Shown piece by piece: positions 36,956 to 49,659 of a stretch of 64,000 bases of DNA. Source of the DNA: Lama glama (Eukaryota). The stretch covers positions 21,950,001-22,014,000 of the forward strand of contig CM052818.1 of the NCBI GenBank assembly GCA_028534125.1, read 5' to 3'. Both the position numbers and the translations under genes were made by a program. The notes beneath the pieces were generated by a model. That model was not told the origin of the DNA and ran no database searches. It saw nothing but the letters and a program-made list of their open reading frames with translations. The number at the start of each line of letters is the position of its first letter. The first letter of the stretch is position 1.

Positions 36956-38521
36956 TTAGTGATCCTCTCCTTTACTCAGTAGGCTCTGGGTAGACTTCTG
37001 TGTCCGAAATGAGTTTCTGCAGTTTTAAGGAGGGATGTATATACAGAGAGCAGAGCTCTGCATCTTTGCTATTGCTGTTCCCTCTGCCTGGAAGCCCTCT
37101 CGCCACCATTCCTATCTACTATTTCACATCTTGCCCAGACTCGGAGGGCTGAAATGTCATTTCCACCGTGAACCCTTCTTTTGTTCTCCTGCCTGGCTAT
37201 CACGTGGTTTGCCTCTTCTTCACTGCACTTATCACTTATCACTGCCTAATGTAATGGTTATCTCTATGTAATATGTGTTTTACCTGGTCCTATAAATTAG
37301 GCTCATCAAGTGCAGTATGCATAATTCCTTTGCCCTGAGATGTAACCTGCCCTGCGCTTTGCTTATGCTAAGCATTTGACAACTGAATAAACTGAGTTGG
37401 GAATTTGGGACACTGGCTAGAGATGATTAAACAGTAAAGACGTTGGTGTCAAAAACTGGACCACAAGGAGAGACTGGAGAAGAACCCAAATTCATGAGGT
37501 TTAGACTAGAGCATGAAAAGCAACAATAGTGGGAGCGACATTTTTTTTCAGTTTCCTATATGCCTGGTACTGTAAATACCTTACTTATTTTATCTAATAT
37601 TCCCAAAAATTCCTGGGAGGAAAGGGTAGATATCGCCAGTTTACCAAGAAGTTACGTACTTTTGCAAAGTCTAGCTTCTAAGCTGTCCTTCCTAATAATA
37701 TTCTATTCAGAGGCTACCCCATTCACTGGGATAGGGACCCCTAATTTTCTAACCAACATTTGAATCCATTTCATGGTTCAGAATAAACTAAGGGAGAAAC
37801 CAAGGATGATCAGCCTGGACTTCTCTTCTGCTTTAGCACAGCTCTGAAGACTAAAGGAATCTGAGAACAACTTGGGAATTCTGAAATGAAAAACAAGCAA
37901 AACCCACTCTTTCTCCCTTACAAACATGTGTGTGTGTGCACATACCTTGTATGTGTTAACAACTATTCATCCTTCAAACCTAAGGAATCTTTCCCTGGGA
38001 ATTTTTTGACTCCGAGGTGAGGCACACTCCCTCATGGAAACATGTATCTTTTCTTCAGAACCCGTTTCAGTATGTAATTCATTTAGTGCGATTAACTGAT
38101 TGCCCCCTGGAATGGAAGCTCCGTAACTGTAATAACCACACCTGTTTTTGCCCAGCATGCTTTTTCTAGCACTTAACTTGCTGCTGGGAGATCTTGTGTT
38201 CAATAGTGAGTACATTCATGATTGAATAAATGAATAGCTGGACAAATTTCATCAGTATTGCTTCATACTTCAAGAGGACACCCAGGACAAGAACAGAGAG
38301 AACAATGGTTGGGGATTAAGATTTTCAGGGCTAGAAGCAAGTAGAGGACAATATCCATTCATTCTCACCACTACCTCTACCAGCCTTTTGGATTCTGTAA
38401 CCACATGCCTTGTCTCTACTTCTGTGACAAAGGTGGACTGTCTGGGTTCTTACCTAAAGTCAATCCCTTCACTTTTTTACTCGATCCCATCCCCTCTTGC
38501 CTACTCAATGTACTATTTTTC

Positions 38522-38878
38522 CAAAAATACCATATGAGATCGCTCATACATGGAATCTAAAAAAAAAAAAAACAAATATAAATACAAAACAGAAACAGAC
38601 TCATAGATACAGAATACAAACTTGTGGTTGCCGGGGGTGGGGTGGGAAGGGACAGAATGGGAGTTCGAAATTTGTAGATACTGACAGGTATATGTAGAAT
38701 AGATAAACAAGATTATACTGTATAGCACAGGGAAATATATACAAGATCTTGTGGTAGCTCACAGTGGAAAAGAATGTGACAATGAATATAAGTAAGTTCA
38801 TGTATAACTGAAAAATTGTGTTCTACACTGGAAATTGACCCAACAATATAAACTGACTATAACTCAATAAAAAAAAAA
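38522..38878 (+). mobile_element. Relatively young L1 3' UTR fragment with poly(A)
   Basis: aaacagaaacagactc..tatagcacagggaa..aataaaaaaaaaa; TSD gtact(a/c)tttttc at 38510 and 38879. Confidence 0.9.
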
Positions 38879-38925
38879 GTACTCTTTTTCTGTCTCAGGC
38901 ATTATCAAGTTTTCACCCCCTACTG

Positions 38926-39098
38926 CAGCACTGTCCAGTAGAATTTTCTATGATGATGAAAATGTTCTGTCTGTGTTATCCAACATGGTAGCTACCAGCT
39001 ACATGTTGTCTACTGAGTATTTGAATGTGCTTAATCACTAAGGAACTGAATCTCTTAAATGTTTAGTTTAAATTAAGTAAACAGTTACATATGGATAA
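38926..39098. mobile_element. MER3-like hAT MITE
   Basis: cactgtccagtagaattttctatgatgatgaaaatgttctgtctg..tccaacatggtagctaccagctacatg. Confidence 0.8.
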
Positions 39099-41730
39099 CT
39101 CCCATTAGCATCAAATATGCCCTTAATCCTTTCATCTTAAAAAAATAATTAACCTCCCCTGAATTCACACCTTCTTCTAGATACCACTCCCTTTCTCTGC
39201 TCCCTCCTTTACAGGGTATTCTACAAAAGGTTTGTCTATACTCCCTGCCTCCACTTCCCCTTCCTTCAAGTACTCTTAAACTCCAATCTTTTGACTCAAC
39301 ATGTCACCAAAATGGTTCTCAGCATCACCAGGACCTTTGAGTTGACAAATTCTATGGTCAATTTTGAGTGTTCATTTCACCAGAACAGCAGCATTTTACC
39401 TGGCTGATAATCCCCTTGAAAGACTTCCTCCTTTTGGCGTGTGTGTGAACTCACCACTCTCTTGGTCCTTCTCCTACTTCTCTGGCTGTTCTGTTTACTG
39501 AGCTGCATTTTCATCTTTGCATCCTTTACATATTGAAATGTCACACACTTCAGTTCTATGACCTCATCTTTTGTCTACCTATATTTTCTTCCTAAGTGCT
39601 TTCATCCATTTCTCATCCATTTCCATGGCTTCAAATATTAGATATCAACTGTAGACACTCAAGTGTATCTCTAGCTCTAAACTCCAGACTTGTACGTCAT
39701 ACAGTCAACCCCCTACTCATATTTGATATCTGGATGTCTAACAGGTACCTCAAGTTTAATATCCCAGAAGACCACTTTTGATTTTGCCTTTTAAATTTGC
39801 TTTCCCCTCAGTCTTCCCCTTTTAAATCAGTGCCATCTCCACCTTCCTAATCGCTCAGGCCAAAAATTTTGGAGTCATTTTTGAATTACACCCTATAGCT
39901 TGTCCATCAGTAAATCCTCTTGGTTTCATTTATTAAATAGAGAATCTGACCCTTTCTCATGATCTCACCTGCCACCCCCCAATCCAAGCCACTACCTGGA
40001 TTATTCCAAGAGCCTCTTCACTGATCTCCCTACTTTTATTTACCCACATTCTCTTACAATCAACTTTTCAAACAGCAGCCAAAGTGATCCTTTAAAAATG
40101 CAAATGAATTCATATCACAGCAACACATCAAACTTTCCAATGGTTTTCCATGTCATTCTGAATAAAAATCAAAGTCCTACAGCCCCTGATAAAACACTGC
40201 ATGACCAGGCCCCCAGCTACCTCTCAGACCTCCATGCTCACTGTCCCTCTCCACCCGCATCTCCCTTTGTTCTTTTCTCTCATCCATATGGTCCTTATTG
40301 TTCTTTGAAAAGGCTAAAACATGTCACCCTCAATCCCCTTACCCTTATTTACTTTACATCATAGTTCTTGTCTGTCTTCCTAAACCAAGCTTTGGAGCGA
40401 TTAATCAAAGTCCATACTTGGTCTGCTTTGTTCTCAGCCGTACCCACATCTCAAATAGTGCTTGGCACCGAATGTGTGTGAAATTAGTATTGAATAAGTG
40501 AAGAAATTATATTCCTAATGCCTACTAGTAGAACCCTGAGTAAATCATTTACTCTTTTTTTGGTGGGGGGATCTCATTTTCCTCATCTCTCAGAGGAGAA
40601 ATGAACTAGATAATCTCCAAACGCATTTATTCAGTAATTATTTAATGCAACCTACTGTATGCTTGGCACACACTCCTTGAAAGGTCACACAAGAAAAGGC
40701 CACACACACTCCTTAAAAGGTAAAGGAGCTCGATGTCCAGTGGGATAACAGTCAAAAGGGAAACGACCCTGGACGGCTTCTGAAGACTTCTGAGCCCTCA
40801 CCTGGGATCGCTTAGAATGCAGCTAGGTGAAGAGGGCGTTGGACAGTTGGCTACATTTAAAGTTTGTTTCCACGTGTGCACAGGGTACCCTTCCAGAGCA
40901 TCAGGCAGGACTCTCCTGTTTTAGCTCCAGATTTGGTTTGGGACTCTGAATCATACTGTTATCTTACCTCCGATGCCGGTGCATTTACTGAAGGAAGGGG
41001 CTGGGTGGGAGTATGGGGAGATAATGCGTTCACTTCCAGCTTTAAAACTGTACGACCTTCGTTAAAATCCATCATTTCATAAAGTGAGCCACTGCTTATG
41101 GACTTAGGGTTGGACCTCCGTATTCCTTTATACTGTCCCCAGGCACCAGGCATATAAACCACATCGCATTTAACCTTGGAGGCTGCTAGCACAGTGCAAA
41201 TGTCCTTGACGTTTTTTCCTGTCCCACACTCCTGAGAGTAGAGACGTTCCTCTCAGTTGGCGCGGAGCGGGAACCGCGGAACGCCGGCGGCGACGCCCGC
41301 ACTCTGCAGAGAATTCTCCCACACTTCGGGATCTTCACAGTTGGCTCTTCTCGAAACTTCCCGGGTGTTTTTGCTAGTCGGTCCCCCGCAAGCCCTTGCG
41401 CTAACCTGGGAGGAGTCGACCTCTTCCGACTCTACCAACTGAAAAGTGTAGGGGTGGAAGGACCGAACATGCTGACGTGAAGGAAAGAAGACGGAAAGAG
41501 GCTTTCCCTGAAATGATACATCAAGCCATCTTGTCTTGTCAACATCGCATGGGGCGCACGTTGCCTGGGATGAACGTGTTTTTCTGTCTTCTATGTTATA
41601 ACAACACGTGCCTCCCCCTGCGCCCGGCGCGCCCGGCCTTTGGTCTCTCCCGCGCCGGGCGACCCCGCGGTCACGTGCTCCCCCTGTCCTTCTCGCCGAA
41701 CGTGCATCCAGCCGTGGGGACAGGCGAGCC

Positions 41731-41879
41731 ATGGCAGCCTTGCTGAGACCCGCCCGCTGGCTTCTTCGTGCCGGGGCAGCGCCGCGCCTCCCCTTCTCCC
41801 TGCGCCTGGTCGCAGGCGGCCCAGGCCGGCCGCACGCCGCCCTCTGTCTGCCCGCCGCTCGCGCCGGGCGGGTCGCCGG
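41731..41879 (+). CDS. LRPPRC: LRPPRC coding exon 1 (149 nt), mitochondrial targeting presequence [20 protein letters not shown]...
   Basis: Kozak context gccATGg at 41731 inside a CpG island. Arg/Ala/Leu-rich peptide with no acidic residues, matching the LRPPRC N-terminus. Donor GG|gtgagt at 41880. Confidence 0.97.
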
Positions 41880-41901
41880 GTGAGTGCTGCGGCCGCTTCC
41901 C

Positions 41902-41934
41902 CCTGCTTGCCTGCCTGCCTGCCTGCCTGCCTGC
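41902..41934 (+). repeat. (CCTG)n microsatellite: CCTG CTTG (CCTG)6
   Basis: Read directly; starts 22 nt into intron 1. Confidence 0.97.
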
Positions 41935-42796
41935 AGCGCGGCCGTTCCCCGGGGTCATGGACGCGGGTGGGGGCCGGGTGCCACTTGTGCCCTCTTCACG
42001 GTCGCTTCAGGGCCGAGCGTCCTCGAGCTTCGGACCACTCTCCCCACGAGAGGGATTTCGGGTGACAGGGTTGGTCGCCTTCAGAAGGTCACGGCCACGG
42101 GCATGGCTCGCTTCCGGCATGGATCCTGCCGTCGCCGCCTCCGACTCGGTTTTCCCGCTTTCAGGCTACCGACGGTCAATGATGCTGAGGGGGCCTTTGG
42201 AGGCTGCTGCGGAGGGGTCAGGTGTTACTCCTCTCCTTATGATTGACTGGTTTTGGTGCTATGCCACGTGCGAGCATTATTGGTGCTCAGTCACTAGCTA
42301 GAAGTTAGGTTTCGAGAGCTTTCTTTGGGGGTGGGGAGGATAGGTTGGGAATTTTGGGTGAGCCCGGGATAGCTTAGAGCTGGGCGTTAAATTATGATCA
42401 GTTTGGGCGTTTGCCTGCCTTTTCTCGAGTGGAGTTTACCTTTTAGTATTTACGAGGATGTTCTGTGGGTTGGGAATTGTCAACGTAGGGTTCCTAAGTG
42501 TCAGTGAGTGGAGACGTGAACGTATTCCAGGCACTCTGTGGGAAGTGGGGGTGCAGAAGCAAGTTAAATTCTCAGTGGATGTCAAATGTGTGAATAAATG
42601 CCCTCATGGATTGAGGTTTATCAGGAGATAGGTTTGGTACAGACTTTGTCAGGGAGAGGATAAGGAAGCTTGATGAAAGCCTTGATTTGGGTAGTATTCT
42701 GACCACCTGAGAAGGGCAGATGTGCGCTGAGGTTTTAGAATTGGAGAAAAACTGATTCTGAAAGACTAGTGTTTATAAATAAAGGTACCTTGGGAG

Positions 42797-43030
42797 ACAG
42801 CATGCTGACTAAGAGCTAAGGATTTGGCATAGGCCAGGGCTGGACTGCAGGCTCCTGTTTTTATTTACATTATGCCATGGGACAAGTTACTTAACATTTC
42901 CAGGCCTCAGTTTCCTTAGTTTTGGATAGGATGGGAATACTAATAGTGTTGATAGTATTATGTGAAATTATTCATATAAAGCTCTTAACATAGGACTTGG
43001 AACTTAGTAAATGTTTTATTAGCTACTGTA
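42797..43030 (+). mobile_element. MIR (intron 1)
   Basis: ggacaagttacttaacatttccaggcctcagtttcctt core. Confidence 0.75.
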
Positions 43031-44189
43031 ATAGTACCACTAATGATTGCATGAATCTTTGTGGACCAGCTTGGAAACCTACTTTATGTAAAATTATATA
43101 GAGGAAATGTTTTATGATTTCTTAACAAGTTAGTTAAAGATCTTTGGAATGTAGCCTACTTGTAACTTGGAGCCTACTTAGATCCGAACAGTTAACCTTT
43201 AGAAGTCATGCCTCTGCTTTTGCAGAACTACATCTCTTCGCTTTCAAAGAGCTTCTTTGGAGAAAGTTGCGCCAGTTATTCATATTTTTCTAGTCTTTAA
43301 TATCCCTGTGAGGCCAGAGGAGGGTCGATATTATAGTTCATCTGCACCGTTGCATTTGAGGAAAACAGTAGAGGGAACACAATCTAGTGGAAAGGGTCCT
43401 GGTGTGGGAGATCCTCAGACCTGGGTTCCACTTACTTGCTGCATAATCTTACCTTATCTTTTTGATCCTCAGTTCGTTATCTGTAAAGTACAGGTAACTA
43501 GGCCTTTCCCTCTTTGTGAAGCGCTTTTTTGTCATTCAGGGCTCATCTTTAATGCTGTCTCTTCAGAGAGGCCTTACCTCAACACTCAATCTAAAAACAA
43601 CCCTCTTCTGGTTTTTCCTTGGCACGTTTGTCTGATACTATTATCTGCTCTCTGTTTCCTTCGTAGAAAGTGAGTTACATGAGAGCAGAACTTTGGTTCA
43701 CCACTGTGTGCTCAGCTCATAGCAAGCACTAAAGAAGAGTTTGTTTTCTTCTCCTGGGCTCTGAGCATTCTTTCCTTCCAGTCTCCTGTCCCACAGCCTG
43801 TAGCATGCCCACACCTGTCCCACCTGAACCACAGATCTTTTCCTGGAATTCAGCTTAACTCTAGATGCTTCCCAGTCTCTCCTCCCCGCCCCCCTCTCCT
43901 GTCTCCCTCATTTCGCTTCACATTGCAACAACACCACTGGGGAAAGCCATCACTGTCTTATTTATTCATTTTTTTATTGTATGTTTTTTAATTTTAGAAC
44001 TTACATGCCTTGAGGAACAGTTGTAAAACACAAGAGGGAAAGCAGTAAACTAAAAATCACCCTTAATTCTATCACTTAGAGCCATTGAGACATATGTATA
44101 TCTTTTCAAATAATTTATGTATGTGTGAGATGTAAGTTTATTTCATTTAATTTTTCCAAGGGATTTCTTAATTACTAAATCCACTTGTA

Positions 44190-45330
44190 AGTCCTTGACC
44201 TCTGGCATGTTACTCTATCACCTGTTTCCTCCTTAATGAGATCCTTTTCTTGGCATTGATGATGACACCACTCTTTCTTGATTTTTCTCTTTCAGAATTT
44301 TTCTCACTTGCTTTGTAGCATCCCCTTTCCTCTGTTCATCTCTTAAATGCTGATGTCTTGCAGGGGGTGGTTGTCCTTAGTCCTTTTGTTTTCTCTCTCT
44401 CTCTTTTTTTTCCCCCTTCCCTTTGGACTACGTCTTCCATTTTCAGGCCATCAGCCCATACGCACATATCTGATGATTGCAGTATTTCTTCTCCTGGACA
44501 TAGACTGTCTACTAGACACCTCCACTGATTGAACTACGTTACTTCAAACCCGTCACATCTCAAACTGGATTTGTCTTTCCTCCTAAATGTGTTCTTGTAT
44601 ATTCTCTGTTTTATGAGTTTTGCTATTCCTATCTGCTTTCTAGAGATTTCTCATTCATATTTCCTTGACACCTTCATGTCCCCACCCAATCCCTATGTAT
44701 TGATCACACAAATACTTAAATTCTGTTAGATCTGCTTCATCTGGAATGATTCCCCTCTTCCTCCAACCCCCACGGTATTCCGTAGTTTCCCTGATAATTT
44801 GATCATGTCATTTTCCTGCTTAAAATGAGACGCTTTGGTGGCTCCCATTAGTTCCAGGATAAGGTGCTTCATGATCTGGAGATGCTTCTGGAGCCTCACT
44901 TCTTATGCATTCCTTCCCATGGGATCCTCTATCCTAGCCATACCAAACTACTACTTTAGAGTCCTCTGCAGCAGGACATCTGAAACTATGAGCGGAAGAA
45001 TTCCCTGGGGAGCTTATGAAACTGTGGCTTCTGATTTTGTAGGTGTAGGCAGGGGACTGAGATTTTACATGTTCAGCAGGCCCCCAGATGGTAGAGGTGC
45101 TGCTGGTCTGTGAACTAGCAAAGCTTTGATGGGCTGTGTTGTACATCTCCTTGCCTTTGAATGTGATGTTCACTCTTAGGATGTGTCTCTTCTGTTAAAT
45201 CTCTCTTGACAGCTTCTCCCCATTTGACCACTGCTTTCCTGTGGTTTCTTTTCTGAGTCACTGCCTTCCCTGGTGTCTAACTTTGTGACACGTGGTACGT
45301 GTCAAATGTATGTTAAGTGAATTAATGAAA
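44190..45330 (+). mobile_element. L2 fragments with a MER5A-like insert (~44980-45115)
   Basis: catctcttaaatgctg, gatcatgtcattttcctgcttaaaa; ttctgattttgtaggtgtagg..tgagatttt..gtgctgctggtctg. Confidence 0.65.
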
Positions 45331-47719
45331 ATCTTAGACATTGAGGAAGGAATATTGTGAGATGCAAACACGTTTGAAGGGGTACTTAACCCATTCATGC
45401 TATGCAGTGAATCTCCACAAATTCACCCTGATCTTGATTTCCTGGAATGTCTGAGAAGGACAGGTGAGTATTATTGAATGAAATTATTAGAATTTATTAA
45501 TCAACACTTAAGTGCTTTAGAGGAAAGGTGAGCTTTGAGCTAAATCAGTTTGGAAGTGGATCTAGGTTGGTGATTGTGTTAAAGGTGACGATCATATATT
45601 GCCCTATGGCAGAATGATGTGACTTCTAAAGTTGAAAGAGAAGAAAACATTTCCTTGTTTACCTTTCATTAAAAAAAACTTTCTCAACAAATATTAAAAA
45701 TCCACATGGGTCCTTTGGAGTTGGAATTCAGCCTCTGCTCCCTGTGTGTTTATCAGTCACAGAGGACTGTGATAGGCACACATACAACTATGGTATGTGC
45801 GCTCTTCGCAAGAGAGGAATATAATACCGTGGCATTTCGGAGAGAAGAGTCACGTTTGTTTTGTGGTAGGCGATTGCTCAAGTTTAAGAGGACATGTCTT
45901 AATGAGTAGTTACAATGTTCCAGGGGAAGAAAGAGCATGAAGAACTTGGAGGCTGTACTTTTATCCTATGTAGCTGTTTGGGTTGGGATATGGTGGATGT
46001 TGTTACTACAAAGGTCAGTCCATTTTCCTTGAAGCTACTAAGGTTGATTAGGAAGTTGGTCAAAAGCCATTGGAGGGTTTCAAGAGATACAGATCTCGAC
46101 AAAGTTTACATAGACTCTAGGAGAGAGAGAGGCTGGAGATGGATAGACCAGTTAGGAACAACATTGATACTGCAGATTAGGGTTAATGGGGCCTCAACTA
46201 GGTGGTGCAGAACTGAAGAAAAGTTACTTCCTTTCCTGAGAGACAGAACAGGAGATTGGCAAAGATGTCAGCAGCATTAGGAAGAATAGATTTGGAAATT
46301 AGGCTAAATAATAGTATCTTTGGTGTAGATCTTCACCATTTTCAAACTGTCTTTATATGAATATATCACACACACCTTTCATTTTCTGTGGGTTGATGTT
46401 ACAAATTAGGAGATTGCTTTGTGTGTCTCCTGTTGTGTTTTAGATGCTGAAGGGATTACTTAAGGACATACAAACTTTTTTTTTAAAAGCAATACATAAC
46501 ACATTATAAGTTTAGGAATTAAAGGCTATCACAAGTAAGTAAGCAAGTTAAGTAAGATCTCAGAATGTCAACTCTGTAGGGGATCTCTAGAATTAATCTA
46601 GTCTGTCCCACTCTCACTTTATAGATTCTGCTGAGTATCTTGCTCCACATCACATCATAGGTCCCAGCCTGGTTAACTGACTCTTCATCATTTCCTGTCA
46701 TAGCTGAGACAAAGGAGACATCCCTTTGGACTGGAGGAGCCTGAGATGGAGGGGACATCTGGATAGGTGGAAAGGCATTGGTACTTCAAGGCAGCCTAAA
46801 ATTCTGTGACGTACCATAAAGCATAAAGCAGTGTTGGGGGACAGCTTAACTGGGCAAGACTTTTTGGAGAATTGAGGTCTTACAAAATTCAGGGAGAATG
46901 TTCAGGGAGAAAATAGTTCAGGGATAACGTTCATTGTGACTATGAAAGACTTTTTAAAAGATCAATCAACATATTTATTGATTACCCTCTCGAGTAAGAG
47001 CTATTTACTGAGCACTCTTACGAGGAATCTTATTTTTTTATGTGATCTTTACAAGGTAGGTATTTTTCCTTAGATGAAGGAACTAATGCTTAGAAAGACC
47101 AAATACCTTTCTCAGAGTCACGTGGCTGTTAAATAGCATAGCTTGGGTTTCAGTATGCCTTGTACTTTCTGCTGACGTATTTTAAAAAGAAGAAATATGT
47201 GGTTACTATTTATTATGCTTTCTTTGCTTGATCCTTTATGTACACTTTAGTATTACTGCCCAAACCTTGAGCATTTGTGTACTGCCTTCTGATTTTTTGC
47301 CAAATCTGAGCACTACTTAAACTCTTATTTATATTTAATATTTTACTTTTCATTGGTTTTTGGTTTGACATTTTTATGACTTAATTTTGTCTTAATGCTA
47401 GTAAAATAAAGAGCTTGATATGATAGTTGTTAAATAAAACTACTGAAATGGAACATCTTTGATACATGTTATCTAAAATCATTTTCCTGGCAGAAGTACA
47501 ATATTTTGGGAAGCACTGCGTTATCTCAATCTTTGTGATATTCTTGTGAGGTAAATACTTTTATCTCAGAGATTTTACAGGCTTAGAGTTACTGTAACTT
47601 GCAGGGTATTTTGATGTGAATTTTTCCCTATTACATGGAAGTGAAAATGTAAAAATTGTACTGGTGAGACTTGTTGCCTGGAATTTGCAGGTAAATCAGG
47701 TGGGGGCCTTGGTGATACA

Positions 47720-48340
47720 TATGTCTTTCCCATCTCTACTGCCCATCCTGCTCTCAGCTTCCATCAGTCTCTCATGTGGACTACCGCAGCAGCTTCCTTT
47801 GTGGTATCTCTATTATAATTCTTGCTGCCCTCTAATTTATTCTCTACCAGGCAGCTAGACTGGTCTTTTCAAAACAGAAATAGATCATGCTGCAACCTCT
47901 TATACACCTTCAATAGGGTTCTGATACAGTTCTGTACTTGGAATAAAATCTGTACCTAGAATAAAATCCAAATTCCGTAGCTTCAAAATCCTTCATGATC
48001 TAGCCCAGTCTTCCTCTCCAACTTTCGAGCATCTGTTGCTCACTTGCTTGGTCTGCTGACCGTTCTGCCTTGGAATGCTCATCCCCTGTTGTCTATATGG
48101 CTGCTGCTGTTCATCCTTGGTTAAAAATTTAACTGTCATCATCTTTGTACATTTATCCAGGGTAGAACCCTGCTGTTATTCTTTCTTTGGAGTCCCTCCT
48201 TTACAGAACTTAATACAACTTTTTAAAGTGTAACTAATTGATTATCAGATTTACTCACTAGGTAAGTAGAAAGGCTAATTCTAGCACAGTGCCTTATACA
48301 TAGAAGGTACTCAGTACATTGTTTTTGAATCAGTAAATGA
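47720..48340 (+). mobile_element. L2 3' fragment
   Basis: ctagcacagtgccttatacatagaaggtactcagtacattgtttttgaat terminus. Confidence 0.7.
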
Positions 48341-48892
48341 AAGAACTTAGGTTTACTGTGGTAAAAGTAAGCAAGTACAGGATCTTAAAGAGGTAGTGAC
48401 ATGGAGATGTTTTGGGGGATGATTGATCTGGTAGTTGTATGAAGAAAAGCTGAAGCCTGAGAAGCTTATTAGTGGTTTGTTGCAGAATCCATGTATTGTG
48501 TATTGAACAGGGAACTCAGAAATAAAGAGAAATATGAGGGCTCAACAGATGGAGTGTGAAATATGAGAGGAATTGAGCAATAAAATGTCTTAAGATTTTG
48601 AGCTTGAAGGAACAGTAGTATAAAGATGGTATAGTCAGTAGCAGTGGAGAAATTTGAAAGGACTACCAACCACTTTTAGGAGTCATTATCTTTTTGAATT
48701 TTTAACATGTTAAAACTTAATTGGAATCAGTGTATATATAAAATATATAAAAAGAATTATGTACTGTGACCACGTTGGGTTTATTTCAGGTGTGCAAGCC
48801 TAGCTCAACATTTGAAAAAATTAATTGATGCAATCAACTGTATCAATATGCTAAAGAAAACTCAAGGGGAATAGTTAAAATAGGGATTGGTT

Positions 48893-49020
48893 GAGGGGAG
48901 GGTATAGCTCAGTGGTAGAGGGTATGCTTAGTGTGCATGAGATCTTAGGTTTAATCCCAGTACCTCCATTAAAAAAATAAATACACCTAATTACCCCAAT
49001 TTTTTCAGTTAAAAAAAATA
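48893..49020 (+). mobile_element. Vic-1-like SINE (intron 1)
   Basis: ggggagggtatagctcagtggtagag..tacctcc..acctaattacc; perfect TSD agggattggtt at 48882 and 49021. Confidence 0.92.
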
Positions 49021-49659
49021 AGGGATTGGTTAGAACATAAGAGATAAACCTGAGATACCTATTGCCTACAAAATGGTTCAACAAAATAAGCTGAAAGCAG
49101 CTTTATAGAGGTCAGTCTTGTATTTTATAAGCATGTTATAAAATCCAAATCCTTTAGTTATCAACCATTGTAGAGTTTCCCTTATCTAGTCTCACCTGCC
49201 CTGCCTAGGTTTAATTTTTACCACTTTCCAGTGTGAACCCCTATTGCAGCCAGATGAGTTTCCTTGATGACCTTCCACCACATTGAGCTCATTTCATAAT
49301 GAAACTGCCTGAGTACAAATCCTGGCCCTGTCATTAACTACCTTTCACTATGACTTTGGGCAAGTTGTTTCAGTTTTCTTATCTTCATGGGTTATTATAG
49401 TTGTAATTTTCTGGTACCCAGCGTGTATTAGATGCATAATAAACACAATTATGATTATACTTATTCTATCATATATTTGTATCCTTTAAAATCTTGATAG
49501 ATCCAAAGTGATGCTGAATTGGCTCATCATAGCAGTGAAAAAGGAAAAGGAGAATAGAAAAGGGAGAGTTTTAAGAATGTATGTGGTTAGTTTGGTGTAT
49601 AGTCAAAGTTAAAAAGGAATGAATAACAATTCAATAAAAAGTTCCCTTGAAAAAAAACT

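Larger units (their letters stand above)
38340..40500 (+). mobile_element. Long L2 remnant, interrupted by an L1 and a MER3
   Basis: tggatgtctaacaggtacctcaagtttaa, gctcaggccaaaaattttggagtcat, 3' end gtgcttggcac..tattgaataagtg. Confidence 0.8.
41250..42200. promoter_or_regulatory. CpG island / LRPPRC promoter, no obvious TATA box
   Basis: Abrupt rise in GC and CpG content around exon 1, against a CpG-depleted background. CACGTG at 41605 and 41672, TGACGTGA at 41473. Confidence 0.9.

Noticed and set aside
41608..41730. In-frame GTG-initiated 41-codon N-terminal extension of LRPPRC
   Set aside because: The GTG is part of a promoter E-box and probably lies upstream of the transcription start. 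The ATG at 41731 has a strong Kozak context and matches the known N-terminus.
41253..42301. Several long overlapping ORFs (up to 177 aa) on both strands
   Set aside because: Expected from stop-codon scarcity in a GC-rich CpG island. The LPAC/RQAG repeats are translations of the CCTG tract. Only 41731-41879 is supported.
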